Of a stretch of 64,000 bases of DNA, positions 41,380 to 55,900 are shown one piece after another. Both the position numbers and the translations under genes were made by a program. How positions within the stretch are numbered: the stretch's first letter is position 1; every line of letters begins with the position of its first letter. Location of the stretch: assembly GCA_951406725.2 (NCBI GenBank), contig OX597833.1:5890001-5954000 (forward strand). The letters are read 5' to 3'. This DNA comes from Octopus vulgaris (Eukaryota). A model generated the notes under the pieces. The model ran no database searches. It was not told the origin of the DNA and saw nothing but the letters and a program-made list of their open reading frames with translations.

Positions 41380-42580
41380 TGATATTGTTTGAAATTTTAG
41401 GGTCACATTTGTGTCCTGGTTGTGTTATAGCTTTTCCTAGATCCTATAAACAACGGCAATAATTTATAAAACCCAACTGACTTCAGGGTCTGCGAATGCA
41501 GTAGACTGTTGATGCGTAAATTTTGTAAGGGGCTGTGAGTTCTGTCTGTAGTCTTTTAATAATGATTTGTTTCCTCAGTTGATCTTTTCATTTGTAGTTT
41601 CATTATTCGTGGCTTAAGAAATACGTTTCTTGGAGCGATTTATTTAATACATAGAAGCTTTCACGATTTACAAGGGAAGACGTGCTTAAAGAAATATGCT
41701 TAATTAACACAAATTTTTAAAATTAAGAATTTTGAATGGAAAACACGTATTCAAGATTAATAAAACTGTATTCAAAAACATCTTTTAGATTAACAAAAGC
41801 ATTTAAAGTTGACAAATACTCTCTTAGAATAGCCTAATCATATTTATACATCCTTAATCTCTTTCATTGCTTGACCTCATGGATTGACTAGTTCTTTTTA
41901 CAATAATTTGCTGAGTAAGTATTTTATGTCCGTGTTTGGTTTAATTCTCTTATCTCTGTTACTTCACCTAACAAAATATTAACGTTTACATTTAAGTTCC
42001 CACTCCTAAATGCTGCCTTATTATATTTCTATAATTCCGAATCTCATATCAATGTGTGTGGTAAACCTGTGTACTATAGGCAGCAGCGTTTCTAATTGTT
42101 TATCGTCTACATATACAAAAGATTGTCGATTATCCCCCCGCGGCTTTTCTATCCGTTTAATATCTGGTTCAATATGTTGGATAAAGATATAAGTACCAGG
42201 CAGAAAAAGAGTGGAGAGGTGGGGGCGCCCCTTTAAAATACTTATCTTGTAATAGAGAATGGATTAGTTTCCATTATTCCTTCTTTTGTTTCGATCAACA
42301 TAATCGTTTGCCATTTACTCATGACATGTTCAGTGTATTGTCCTCTTACTGGTGTTGCCTTATTCATAGCCATTGTTTCCGGAACCAACGTGTGAACACT
42401 GCTAAAAGCTCCCTGGTTATCAATCCTCTGCTATAGTCCGGCCCTTGTCTCACCCTCTACAGTCTTTGGTTAAGGCTTTGTAGATCAATAAATCATTGAT
42501 CTTTACAATTGTATCAGCTTTTGCGGCAGAAAGTCTTTTGTCTTCGGGGAAAATGTTTTCCCGTTATTACCTGGATGTTT
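41380..42580 (-). pseudogene. Highly degenerate Dong/R4-type RT remnant
   Basis: Remnants resembling CKDQ*FID, (QGDS)LSPLFFCL, IDNLLYM and LQTELT..KI. Confidence 0.5.
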
Positions 42581-42598
42581 GGGAACTGCAGTCATACG

Positions 42599-42629
<31 letters not shown>

Positions 42630-43290
42630 ACACACACACACACAATGAAAACAAAGAACGTGACGAATTAACCAACTGGTCAACGACAAGAACAACAACG
42701 ACAACAACACGAACAACAACAACAATAACGCTGACAACAAAAAGCGTCAGTAAAAAAGAACAGAAACCCACAAGAGCAGAAATGACACAATTTACAACAA
42801 CAACAACAAAACGGTAAAGGATAATAATAAAAAAAAACAATAGGCACATTAATTGCAACAACAGCAACAATAGCAGCAGCAACAACAACAACAGCAACAA
42901 TTAAATCTCTGCAGTTTTACTGTTATTCAAAACAAGAATGAATTAATGGGGTTTTGTACACAAATACAAGCGCACAATAACGGGGTGAGGTGGAGATAGA
43001 AAGAAACCACTTTCTGCCAAAGACAAAAAAAAAAAAAGAAAAGAAAGAAAGAAAAAAGAAAAAGAAGGCTGCTTGCTTCAGGATATGAACTCCAGGATTC
43101 TATTAAGAACTCCAGAAAAGATCTCTAAGTGGTGTGAGGAATATTTTTGGGAAGGCCCTCAAGTCAAACATACTTGACGGATAATTCGAGTTTTTCCAAT
43201 GATAGGCATTTCTAAAACACTGGATTACAAACACTTAAAACTAGAAAGCCGACTTTCTCCGACGCCTCTTTTGCGAGGCAGCGTGATACC

Positions 43291-43521
43291 CATTTCTTTA
43301 CTACCCACAAGGGGCTAAACACAGAGGGGACAAACAAGAACAGACAAACGAATTAAGTCGATTATATCCACCCCAGTGCGTAACTAGTACTTATTTAATC
43401 GACCCTGAAAGGATGAAAGGCAAAGTCGACCTCGGCGGAATTTGAACTCAGAACGTAACGGCAGACGAAATACCGCTAAGCATCTCGCCCGGCGCGCTAA
43501 CGATTCTGCCAGCTCGCTGCC
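43291..43521 (-). mobile_element. Meta-like SINE with an approximately 21-bp TSD
   Basis: TTTGCGAGGCAGCGTGATACC (43270-43290) and TTTGCGAGACAGCGTGATACC (43522-43542). Confidence 0.9.
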
Positions 43522-43886
43522 TTTGCGAGACAGCGTGATACCATTAAGGGTTCACTGCAAAGTCCTTAGCTCTTCTGAGAGAATTCGTTTCGAGTGAAAC
43601 AGTTTAGAAGTGAGAAGGATCTTCTTAGTTCCGAATGGTAATCTGGTGCTCCAAGAGCTGAACAGCATCGGTGGTATTGGTGCTTGTAGTCTGGTGGTCG
43701 TTTAGTTGTAAAATCAAAACGATATTGAAGATATAATAATGGTGGTGATATCGGGTTGCTACTCTCGTTAGACTCGGCCCTGAGTACAAGATTATTTACA
43801 TGGCCAAAGAGCTAATTAAAATCAGCACTACAAGCTAATGAGATAGTTGTTATTTTTATTAATTCTGCCACTGGAAAGAAAGGGAG

Positions 43887-43923
<37 letters not shown>

Positions 43924-44569
43924 CTTCTGACCGATATTGAAACCTATATGGTGTCTATATTTAATCGCTACTACACAGGCACATAAAACAATAAGCTAAA
44001 ACATATCACATGCTATCAGATAATTCTCGCTTGCCAGTGACGGCCGTGGTTACGGTACTGCAGTGAAAAGACAAATAGATCGATAAAAGGTTATACGATA
44101 AAAGCTGCTTTATAAATAAATAATTTATGTATTCAGTAACGCCCTTCTGCCTTCTGTTTCCAAAACCTATACAAAACGGTTTTCTGTCCGTATTTCTTTA
44201 AATTTTTTTCTCTTCTTTTTTTTCCTTTGGTTGATTTCAAATAAATAGCCTAATACATGCAGGTTGATCTAATTTCTACGAGACACATAAATGATGTGGA
44301 GTAATCAATATTTTAATTGTACATAGACATATATACGCATATCACACACACACACACACACATAGATAAATAGACTGACAGAGAGAGAGAGAGATAGCTA
44401 GATAGATGGATATGTAGACAGATAGAGAGATAGATACACATAAGCAGATTTATATATATTCACATACATATACACAGATATATATATACATACATACATG
44501 TATTTAGGTGCTAGTACGTAAATATATATTTATATATGTATATGCATAAATACACACACACACACACAC

Positions 44570-44619
<50 letters not shown>

Positions 44620-44954
44620 TGGTAAAAACGGTAAGATAACAAAAGAAAGGAAGAGACCTCAATATTATGTAAATAGAGGAAATTGTCACATATTAATTTA
44701 CAGATATATATATGTGTGTGTGTGTGTGTGTGTTATAATTTTGATGAGAACACTTTTCCAGAGTTTCTTCTCTCTCAGCGTTCAAATCCTGCGGAAGTAA
44801 ACTTTGTCTTTTTGGGGTCTCAAAAAAGAAAAAAGAAGGAACCAATCCAGGGTAGTGGATGGGTGAAAGAGTTAGACCAAGGGTCGGAAAATTTCTTAAT
44901 GTATTTGACCCGACCATCTTCATGGAATTAATGAAAGGTTTATTGATAGAAATG

Positions 44955-45106
44955 GCTGAGCAGTTAAAAACTTTGCTTACGAACCACATGGTTCCGGGTT
45001 CAGTCCCACTGCGTGTCACTTTGGGCACGTGTCTTCAACTTTAGCCTCGGGCCGACCAAAACCTTGTGAATGGATTTGGTAGACGGAAACTGAAAGAAGC
45101 CCGTCG

Positions 45107-45144
<38 letters not shown>

Positions 45145-45383
45145 TATATGTATATGTGCATGTGTGTGCATCTTTGTATCTATTTGTCCTCCATCACCAC
45201 CTGACAACCGGCAATGGTGTGTTTACGTCCCCGTAACTTATCAGTACGGCCAGAGAGACCGATAGAAGAAGTACCAGGCTTAAAAGATAATAAATAATAA
45301 GGTCAATTCGTTTGACCGAAATTCTTCGAGGCGATGCTCCAGCATGGCTGCAGTCTAATGACTAAAACTAATAAAAGAATAAA
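44955..45383 (+). mobile_element. CORE-like SINE with internal microsatellite
   Basis: Family match. Confidence 0.82.
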
Positions 45384-46546
45384 AAACAAAATTCTCCGCT
45401 CTTTTGTATCGTTCACACTTTTTAATAAGAAATATTTTACGAAATTCGATGAAAATACATAAAAAAATGATAAGGAAAACTAAAAAGTGAGTGATTGTAC
45501 GTTTATATATTTGTTGTGCAAGATTTTTGATGTGAAGTCGTGTGTTGACACAGATATTATTATATTTCGGAATGGTCATTTTGCCAGTTTAGCCAATATT
45601 ATATTGATATCGTGGGAATATTTAATATGAAATATGTGTTTGGTGAATACTAATTATTATTGCATCGCAATTTGGTTGGAAATTCCTTAGTTTTAGCCTT
45701 AAATTATTGCATTCTTCCGAATTTAGTTTGCTTATAATTCAGCACTCTTAAGGCTAAAAATCGTTTCGTGTGTCAATCAATTCCTTGGAGATCCTCAGGG
45801 GTCAGTGTTATACCAGTAATATGCTGGGGAAAAAGGGCGAGTAACTCATATCCCCCCATTCTCATTCCCCCCTTTTTTTCTCTTCCTGTATCTGTCCTTG
45901 TCGTTGGTCAAAGTAAATCATTATTGTTATTGTTATTGATTTTGTTGTTGTTGTTGTTGCTGATGGTGGTGGCGGTGGTGGTGTTATTTCAATTAATCAC
46001 TGTTTATAGTGATTAATCAATTTGTCGGTCGAGTAGAAAGAAACAATTAATTAAATCTTTTTAAATGATTGATTACACCCGGTGACATGTGATGAGATGT
46101 CACTGACTCTTCTACCTGCCTCTCCACAAGTTAACCTTTTTCGGGTCACTGAGAACACCACTCCTCCAATACGGTTCTTCTGCACATGGGCGCCCTCGCT
46201 GCCCTCTACCTTGCACCCCGGCAGCATCCGCGATCACTCGACGCGCTCACCCCTCACTACCTTTCCTGTCATCGTTCCACCGCTATCAGCAAGAGGTTCA
46301 TCTCTCCTCCCTATTCACGCTGCTGTCACCCTATTTTTGAGGACACCAGTACTTGCTCGCTTGCTTCCTCGATACTGCTGCCCTCTGCCTGAACGAAAGC
46401 GACGTTGAAAGCATCTCACTGACCGATATGGCATGCTTTACAGCTGAGTGACCTGTATCATTTTGAGTAATTTACAAAGTACAGTTTCTGGTGTCGGGAT
46501 TCGAACGTCTGACCTCGGTTGACTGTCCATAACCATTCCATCCATC

Positions 46547-46580
<34 letters not shown>

Positions 46581-48028
46581 CACACACTCTCTCTCTCTCT
46601 CTATTTCTCTCTCTCTCTTTTTCTCTCTCTTTCTATTTCTCTCTCTATTTCTCTCTCTCCCTCCTTTTTCTCTCTCTCTCTCTATCTCTCTATCTCTCTC
46701 CTTATTTTTCTCTCTCTTTTCTCTCTGTCTCTCTGTCTCTCTCTCTCTCTGTCTCTCTCTGTCTCTCTCTCTCTCTCTCTCAAGTGTTAATTAAATTCAT
46801 GCTCTCATTACCGCAATTCAAGCGATTGCTCTGCCCTTCACAACTGCCTTCCTAATCGGTTTCACCTGTAAATCGATGGCTTCCACCAGATGTCGCAACA
46901 TGACGCTGTATGTCATGTGAGTTACCTTTAATGTCGTGTTTTTAAATATTTTGTCGTCAAGAAGCAATTTTTAGACGCGAGAACTCAATTCACATCTGCA
47001 GTCGAGCCACATTTGGTATCTTTTGAGTTTGCCAGAGTCGAGTTACTTGATGACAAGCTTCTCGTTAAAGACAACCCATCACGAATGAATTGTGCAACGA
47101 AAACGAGCATTGAGGACGACAGAGACATCCGGCTAAGAGTCGTAATGCCTCATTCAACAAGGCACATATTGTTGTCTTGACCCTGGGCAGCCCTGGTGTT
47201 GCGGTGAAGGGGTCGTCTGATGAGATATTGACTTCTGCATTCGGACATGGCGTGTAGCAGCACCCTCAGGACACAAACAGTTCTCGTCAAAATACAATAT
47301 TTGATATAATAATACATGGTTATAGCCTAACGTGACGTAACACAGTAAACGATTTGTTACGCTGTGATACGATAAGCAAGTAAACTAGATGTTTCAATGC
47401 TGTAAAGGAAGCACAGCATGTCTAGATTGACCTCACTCTATCCCCATACCTTCAATAATTGCATGTCGTATGGTGGTTAAGATACAAATGTAAGAACAGA
47501 TCTATGAAACACCATTCGACTTTCGACCGACCGCCATTGCGCAGCAGACGACATCTTGATCCAAGTTGAAATGGGCGACGCAGCAACACCAACGACTTTA
47601 GTTATGGTTACGCTTTGTGTATCTTTGTAAACATTTTGTCGACATCGATTGTGAATCGTTTAACATCGATAGAATAATACCACTTATAGAATTAGGTTAA
47701 ACTACTTCAATTTTTTTTCCATTTACACCTCTTCTGTCTATCTGACTCTCTCTCTCTTCTACTTTCATTTTCTTTCACTCTTCCTTTTTCTCTTTCTTTT
47801 TTCGTTCTTTCTCTCTCCTTCCCCTCTCCCTCTCTATATCTCTCTCTTTCGCAAGAGTAATTTCATTTTGAGAGACAAATTATATTGATTCATATTGTCC
47901 ATAGAATAATGTATTGTGAATTATATGAAGTATGAGTATATATATTATATGCTTGTTTGTTTGTGTGTGTATGTGTTTGTGTGTTTGCGTGTGAGTGTAT
48001 ATGTGTGTGTTTGTGTGTGTGCGTTTGT

Positions 48029-48066
<38 letters not shown>

Positions 48067-48147
48067 ACAAGCGCTCATATGTTCGTATGCATGTGTAAAA
48101 TCGTATTTCTATTCCTAAATTAATTGTTTCTATTTTGTTTCTTTTAG

Positions 48148-49321
48148 GTGAATTTGGAGACGAGGAAAGTATGCTGGCCAAAAGAGGTGCTGAACAGACA
48201 GATCCCCAATTAGATTCCAAACTTGACCTCTCCAGAGACTTCCATAAACCACGTTATCGCCCCTATAAACAAAACAGTTCGCAGGCACCGAAAAAAACCT
48301 TGGAAATGGCGCCGATCGAACCGCACCAAAATGAAAACACCAGCAAAAAACCGTCCCGCCGTCACGTGACTAAACTATCACGTGGCCCAAGTCAAAATAT
48401 TCCGGATGAAAGAATTTCACCCGGAAAGAGTGAAATCAGTCGACGAGAGAGAAGACAGTGGAACAAGCGCTCGAACTCTTTGTTTTCTCCTCACGTGACT
48501 AATCTGTACCCGTTTGAGACGATTGATGTGAGTAATAGCAGCAACGCCGGAAGCCTTAGCAACGCCAGCAGCCTTAGCAACGACCTGCCCAATGGCACTG
48601 CTGAAGCTAGAATGTCGGATAATGCTGCTCTGGACAGGAGAAAACTCCATATTCAAAACCGTCGCAGGAACGGTCAAAAAGCCGTGGAATCCTCGATAAG
48701 TTCCAGAGGGGTTTATCATTTAAGCAGTCCACGGACTTCAGAGAAAAGTTATCATTCTAGCAAAACCTCTGAGTTTCATTCTAAACGTCTTCAACGAGAA
48801 CGTTCCAATGATCTGGAAAACAACCGAAGCCTATATATTAGCTCCCGGAACAGTACTCACTCGGAAGCGTTGACCGATGATTACGGTATGAGCCTTAGAG
48901 ACGACGATGTCGACGTTTTGACAAAGGATGACATGAAAGACAAAAAGGCCCACTATAATAACAGTGATTTCAAATTAGAGAGCCGAGGATCGGACTCTTA
49001 TTTCAATGGTTATGATAAGAGTTATAGCAGCGACATGAACAGCAACAACAATAATTATTATAATGATATTGATAGTGATAGTGATAGATATGCAAGCACG
49101 AGATTGGCTCACAATTCAAAAGATAAAAGGTTCGAATTAGGGAACTTGCATGACGCTAGTCCGTTGAGAAGTTTGATGAAATGGGAATACGAAGATCTGT
49201 ATGGCGGGAAACGACCCAACTCGGTTCGTCCAGCTCGGCCAAAATCAGCCGTGGTCAGTGCTCGGACACATGCGATGACCATAACGGACAGCGACGACAG
49301 TTCCCTCGATGGGGACATAGA
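48148..49321 (+). CDS. Internal coding exon of an uncharacterised Ser/Arg/Asp/Asn-rich protein
   Basis: About 1.17-kb non-repetitive open frame. Acceptor TTTGTTTCTTTTAG|G (phase 1) and donor GA|GTAAGT (phase 2). Confidence 0.85.
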
Positions 49322-49416
49322 GTAAGTATTCTTTTGGGTTTTACAACTGAACGGACGCATGTGTATGTGTGTATGTGTGCATGCGTGTATGTATATGTAT
49401 GTAAACATATACATGT

Positions 49417-49492
<76 letters not shown>

Positions 49493-50135
49493 TCCTCTGA
49501 AGAATTGAGATTTTTGAAAATAAATCTCTTTGAGAAGCTGTTCCTGCGTAAATGAAGCCACAAATGAGAGGGAATATTTCAGATCAAAAAATACTTTTCA
49601 GACGGAAACAAACGTGAAGAGAACCCTTTGCCGGAATCGAACCACAGGTTTCTTGGTGTATTGTGGTATCACACAGAAACTTCTGTTGCTGAAATGACGA
49701 ATTTGTGGCAATTTAGAATTTAAAAGTTATAAAATAACCAAAGCTATTTTAGCCGTCTGCCTGACCAAAGCATTTCCAAAAGTTTGTCCTCAACGTCCAT
49801 GCTTGATTTCGGACTTTCTCTTCGTCCTTGTTCCACACGTTCTGAGTAATATAAAGCTTTGCTTTCCTAAGTCCTAACATACGCTGGTGGTTGAAACTAA
49901 ACTGGGAATGTGTATCACTTATATGATGTATGGAAGCCAAAGAAACATGTCCTGTGTATCGTACGTGATGCACAGGACAGGTAAAGGGTTAAAAAAGTTC
50001 TATCAATAACCACTAAGTCATTTTTAAAAGCATTCCATCCGCGACCATCGTGTCTTTTTAGCTTTTTGCCTGTCCAAATCATTTTCGTAAGTTTGTCTTC
50101 AACATCTATGCTTGATTTCAGACCTTCACTTAACC

Positions 50136-50280
50136 CGAGGTCGACTTTGCCTTTCATCCTTTCGGGGTCGATAAATAAAGTACTAGTTTCGCACTGGGAT
50201 CGATGTAATCGACTTAATCCCTTTGTCTGTCCTTGTTTGTCCCCTCTATATTTGGCCACTTGTGGCCAATAAAGAAATAT
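50136..50280 (+). mobile_element. Intronic Meta-like SINE fragment
   Basis: Family match. Confidence 0.8.
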
Positions 50281-50923
50281 ATAAATACTTTGAACGCTAG
50301 CCATGTGATTGTTTTATCCGTTTGTTTTAGTTGGAAGCTAAAAGACTTGTCTTATATTGAACTCATTATAGCAACACAGCCAAGTTCTCTGCCATTTATG
50401 CCATCCACACCAGGCGGTTAGAGATCGATAAAGATTAACAAACAAGTCTCAGCATGGAACAGATTAATAATATATACTTTGTAAAGACACACCGTCGTTA
50501 CATTTTAAATAAAGGTGATATTTGAGCTTTCGTCGTAATTACGAGCTTTAATGGGTTTGCCCTCAATGGGATTGTCTCCCCTTTTTTATCATAAAGACAC
50601 ATCATTGTTCATGTCAGGTTCGATTACATTGGGCGGCAGCTCATCAATATCTGTTATCAATTATTAATTTTGTATGCGCTTACTAAGTTGGGTAGTGGAC
50701 TTTTGCTTCCAGCTGTCTGGATCCGAGGCCCAGTTTCGATTCCCGGTTGCAACCAATTCACTTACTGTTGAAAGTAACCACGGTGCATTGCTTTACAATT
50801 TTAACGATAAATATTCAGGTCTTACGCAGTACATCTGATATCGTCTCAGAAGCGAATGATGGCCACAACATCCCTTTCCTCGCAGGGCATTATCCTAAGA
50901 GAAATATATTATCCGAGTTTAGT

Positions 50924-51063
50924 GCGGCGAACTGGCAGAGTCGTTAGCACGTCGGGCGAAATGCGTAGCCGTATTTCATCTGCCGTTACGTTCTGAGTTC
51001 AAATTCCGCCGAGGTCGTCTTTGCCTTTCATCCCTTCGGGGTCGATTAGATAAGTACCAGTTA
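50924..51063 (+). mobile_element. Intronic Meta-like SINE 5' part
   Basis: Family match. Confidence 0.8.
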
Positions 51064-51151
51064 GGTAAAGAAAGAAAAAAAGAAAGAAGTATATATATTT
51101 TTTCTTGTTTTAAAATGCTTTCTCATAAAAGATTTTTGAAATATTTTTCAG

Positions 51152-51830
51152 GTATGTTGACTTGGAGGAACTCTCTGACGGGGAAGACGCAATTGTTCTT
51201 ATCGACCCCGAATCAATGAAACACCAGTCGAATAATTCCTGGAAAGACGACGATTCCGATGTCCGGCGATCCGTCTCCACGAAAGCATCTCAAGAAATCT
51301 CCCCGCGGCAAAATCCAAGATTTGTCAATAAAATTTCCCAAGAGAGTAAACGATTGCGAAGTAACGGCTCGGAAAGCGGGAAACCGGATACAAACTGGCT
51401 TTTTGCGAACAAGAATAGCGATTCCAGCAAAGAACGTCGCGAAAAACGGAGGGAGTCCTTTATGGATCCCACAGATCCGTCTGAGTTTAAACTGAACGGA
51501 CAGATTCATAAACTTAATATGAAAAAAGACATGTTTGACTTATCTTCTTTCAAAGACAATCTGTCTCTGCCGAGGGAAGCATCTCTCACTTCTTCGTTTC
51601 AGAAATACAACAGAGACAGACTCTTGTCCGACAGTCTGAGACAAAACAATGCCGTGTTGAAAACGCAAAAACACCAATCAGATCGATCCGATATGATTCG
51701 ATTTGAAAAGAAAGAACTTCTCCCTCGTCGCAGTTCCCACCCACCTCTACCGAGACGGTTGAAACCATTATTCAGGAATATGCCTGACGATGGAGAAGGC
51801 AACGAACTGAACGAGAATGGTTTGGCTTAG
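51152..51830 (+). CDS. Terminal coding exon of the same gene
   Basis: Acceptor ATATTTTTCAG|G completes the codon GA+G, giving ..DGDIE-YVDLEELSDGED... Stop TAG at 51828-51830. Confidence 0.85.
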
Positions 51831-51896
51831 TCATGCCATCAGTGTTATATCTTTTGTTTAGAAATTGATTTTTTTTTTCATTCACCAAAATTTGGT

Positions 51897-51902
51897 AATA
51901 AA
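51897..51902 (+). promoter_or_regulatory. Candidate polyadenylation signal AATAAA
   Basis: 67 nt after the stop codon. Confidence 0.5.
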
Positions 51903-52216
51903 ACTTTGATTATTAAACAAACCTTTCCCGTTACATAAATGTATGTATGTAGCATATTATATGAATCACACATTAGGTCGGCGCCTTCGCCCATTCAGTC
52001 TGCCCTTCGTTTGTTCTTTCTTGTTCCACAATGAGAGATCTTTACTTACAGCAACGATTCATTTTGAAAAGACATAGAACTTCAAAGCATCGCATTTGGT
52101 TTTTCACGCTCCTCTGACATGAAGCCATCGCGTACATTAAAAATACACTATTCAGCAACATTTTATATAACATACATACACACACACACACATGTATATG
52201 TATATTTATGCATGTA

Positions 52217-52298
<82 letters not shown>

Positions 52299-52429
52299 CA
52301 TATATATATTTATACATGTATAAATGTTTATGTATATATATATGTATATATATATATATATATATGTACATATATATATATATGTATATATGTACATATA
52401 TATATTTATACATATATATACTATATATA

Positions 52430-52761
52430 CTCTTTTACTTGTTTCGGTCATGTGACTGTGACAATGCTGGGGCACCACTTTTAGGCGAGCAAATCGACCC
52501 CGGGACTTATTCTTTGTAAGCCTAATACTTATTCTATCGGTCATTTTTGCCGAACCGCTACGTTACGGGGACGTAAACACACCAGCATATACATATATAT
52601 GTACTTATATACGACGGGCTTCTTTCAATTTCCGTCTACCTAATCCACTCACAAGGCTATACTAGAAGACACTTGCCCAAGGTGCCACGCAGTGGGACTG
52701 AACCTGGAACCATTTGGCTCGTAAGCAAGCTACTTACCACACAGCCACTCCTATATAGGCG
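52430..52761 (-). mobile_element. CORE-like SINE, internally deleted
   Basis: Family match. Confidence 0.8.
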
Positions 52762-52786
52762 TATATATATATACATTTTATATGTA

Positions 52787-52817
<31 letters not shown>

Positions 52818-52818
52818 C

Positions 52819-52873
<55 letters not shown>

Positions 52874-52876
52874 TAT

Positions 52877-52935
<59 letters not shown>

Positions 52936-53779
52936 TACATATATATATATAGAGAGAGAGAGAAAGATACATATATATATATATAAATCCTTAAATCCTT
53001 AAAAATGTTTTAGCCCGAAGGCTAATATATATATATTCATATATGTTAAGTGAAGTGCTACAACACAGAAGGGTGAAGAATCTATTATGAAAAGTAAAGA
53101 GAGTGAGAGGGAGAAAGAGAGAGTAAGGGGGAGCGAGAATCCGAATGAATATGTTTCGGATAACCTGCAAAAGGAATGGCAGTTGGTATGGAGAGCAAGT
53201 AGGTTTACTAATCTACGTATCAGGTGAGTTCGGTTCCTGTAGGTGTTAGCACAAGATCCTCCGGTGCCCTCTGCAAGACGATGTCTCTGGCGATCCGTTG
53301 GAAGGATTCCAGTTGAGTGACACGATCGTTTGTGTAAAGATTTTATACATACATGGATGCATTCCTGCATATACACACACACATACATACGTACATACAT
53401 ACATACACACACACACACACATACATACATACATACATACATACATACATACATACATACATACATACATACATACACACATACATACATACATACACAC
53501 ATACATGCATACATACATGCATACATACATACATACATACATACATACATACACACATACATATATATATGACCTTCGTCCATCTTTCTTTTCCTTCAGG
53601 ACTGTCCTAAAGACTGGACGTATTCTACCTCTCTCTTCTATCTCTTCTCCAAAGAAAATATTTCTCCAGTGTTCGCTATTGTACCCTCGTTCTGGTCTAA
53701 TGACCCTCCACATTTGTTTTCGTTCCGTTTCCTTCTATTTCTACTCTGTTCTGTTTTTGTTCCCAACTTTGACCCTTCA

Positions 53780-54340
53780 TAAATCCCAAATTTTATTTTG
53801 GTACTTATAGGAGCAACTGTCTTCCAAGACTCATATTGTAGTTCAATGCTCGAAATGAGTAGATAGACAAGCGACAACTGAAGATGGAATGAACGAGTCA
53901 GCTGCCAAATTTATCGGGCTCGAAATTTCCATCGACGGAAAGACCGTCAACAATCTACGGTTTTTTGATTATACGCCTCTTATCATAAAGTCCCCATACG
54001 CGCTACAGAGACAACGGGACAAATACAAGGTATCGAATGAACACTATATGGAAATCAATACATAGAAAGCATGAAAAGACAAACCACCTGAGTGATTCGG
54101 TATCCAGGGTGAAGGGGTTATCATAGACCAGTTCTGGGTGATATAATTGAAAAATCAAAGGAACGAAGCCATGAAATAAGAGCACGACTCGACGTCACAG
54201 CGGGATCAGCCTGAAAAACAGTCGATGCAATCTGGAAATAGAGAGCTCTTAAAAGCAATATCAAATTAAATCGATACCAATACCACGATTGATAAGTAGT
54301 CAACGTAAAACTTAAGCTCGGCGTAAAGGGAAACATATCG
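53780..54340 (+). pseudogene. Degenerate RTE RT fragment
   Basis: GLEISIDGKTVNNLRFFDYTPL resembles INNLRYADD. Confidence 0.55.
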
Positions 54341-54520
54341 GTAACATTGCAATATGTATGAGTGAGGAAAATATTACGTTGGTAATCATAGATAAATGAT
54401 TAATATATTGCAGGAGAAGGGGAGGAGGAGGAGGAATAAGGGGTGACGATGACGATAATGGGGATGAGAATGATTGTGGTGGGGGTGATGGAAATTCAAC
54501 AATTTACTCTGCGACAAAAA

Positions 54521-54744
54521 CCTATTCTTTTACTACCCACAAGGGGCTAAACACATAGAGGACAAACAACGACAGACAAACGGATTAAGTCGACCCCAGT
54601 GCGTAACTGGTACTTATTTAATCGACCCCGAAAGGATGAAAGGCAAAGTCGACCTCGGCGGAATTTGAACTTACAACGTAACGACAGACGAAATACGGCT
54701 ACGCATTTCACCCGGCGTGCTAACGTTTTGCCATCTCGCCGCCT
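54521..54744 (-). mobile_element. Meta-like SINE with TSD TCTGCGACAAAAA(A)CCTATT
   Basis: Duplicated at about 54508-54526 and 54745-54764. Confidence 0.88.
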
Positions 54745-55195
54745 TCTGCGACAAAAAACCTATTAATGATTGGGTGATATCAGCAAGATATCCAATTAGA
54801 AAATTAAACTAAATCAATTAATTAGAAGTACATAAGCAAGAATTCTTTATTTCTTCAACATGGGAGAATTTTCCATCCTCACGCCGTATGTACCGATGGA
54901 ACAATATAGACAGATCAAAGAACCCCTGCTGATCCTAAATATCCTAAATACAGCAATATACAAGATCCTTGAACAATGAGACTAAATTACCAAACAAATA
55001 CCGAAGGGGTCGTAGAGAGCGTAGAAGAAATCAACGAAGTAGGTAACATTTCCACCGTAGAAGTATAAAAACCCCTTTGACCAAAGAACCAGTGGGAGAA
55101 ATATTGGGGGTCAGAGGTCAAGTGATGTGTGGAGGTAAATAATAATTAAACCACCACAGATATACCTGTTAATTTACTGAAGAAATTACTAGTGT

Positions 55196-55625
55196 AGGCG
55201 TAGGAGTGGCTGTGTGGTAAGTAGCTTGTTTACCAACCACATGGTTACGGGTTCAGTCCCACTGCGTGGCATCTTGGGCAAGTGTCTTCTGCTATAGCCC
55301 CGGGCCGACCAATGCCTCGTGAGTGGATTTGGTAGACGGAAACCGAAAGACGCCTGTCGTATATATGTATATATATATATATATAAGTGTGTGTGTGTGT
55401 GTTTGTGTGTCTGTGTTTGTCCCCCTAGCATTGCTTGACAACCGATGCTGGTGTGTTTACGTCCCCGTCACTTAGCGGTTCGGCAAAAGAGACCGATAGA
55501 ATAAGTACTGGGCTTACAAAGAATAAGTCCCGGGGTCGATTTGCTCGACTGAAGGCGGTGCTCCAGCATGGCCGCAGTCAAATGACTGAAACAAATAAAA
55601 GAGAAAAGAGAAAAGAGTAAAGAGA
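55196..55625 (+). mobile_element. Full-length CORE-like SINE
   Basis: Family match with an (AAAAGAG)n tail. Confidence 0.9.
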
Positions 55626-55649
55626 GTGTGCTGTAGAATAGAATAGCTG

Positions 55650-55900
55650 TCTACAAGGTAAATTAAATAAACAGGATGGAATAATCATGGGTGCTCCCTT
55701 AAGGCTCATGCTATTGGCATTTTACATGGCCGCAATATAGAACAAAGTGCATATGATATAAACCAGCCGCGTGGAAAACACACCAGTCGTAACAGACATA
55801 CAGAAAGAGGTTGAAAACTGAAAGGAATCTCCACAGAATAACTCCGAATTAAATTTCAACACTTATAAGAACACAGATAAAACTTCTAGCAACATCATTT
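55650..55900 (+). pseudogene. Penelope-like RT remnant
   Basis: KQDGIIMGAPLRLMLLAFYM resembles Q.DGVAMGSPLGP.LANFYM. Confidence 0.6.

Noticed and set aside
47400-47620. First exon candidates for the + strand gene
   Set aside because: The available ATG and donor combinations hit stops or give the wrong phase.
49621-49992. piggyBac-like MITE (AACCCTTT..AAAGGGTTAA)
   Set aside because: Only about 10 bp of terminal match, and the left TTAA is absent.
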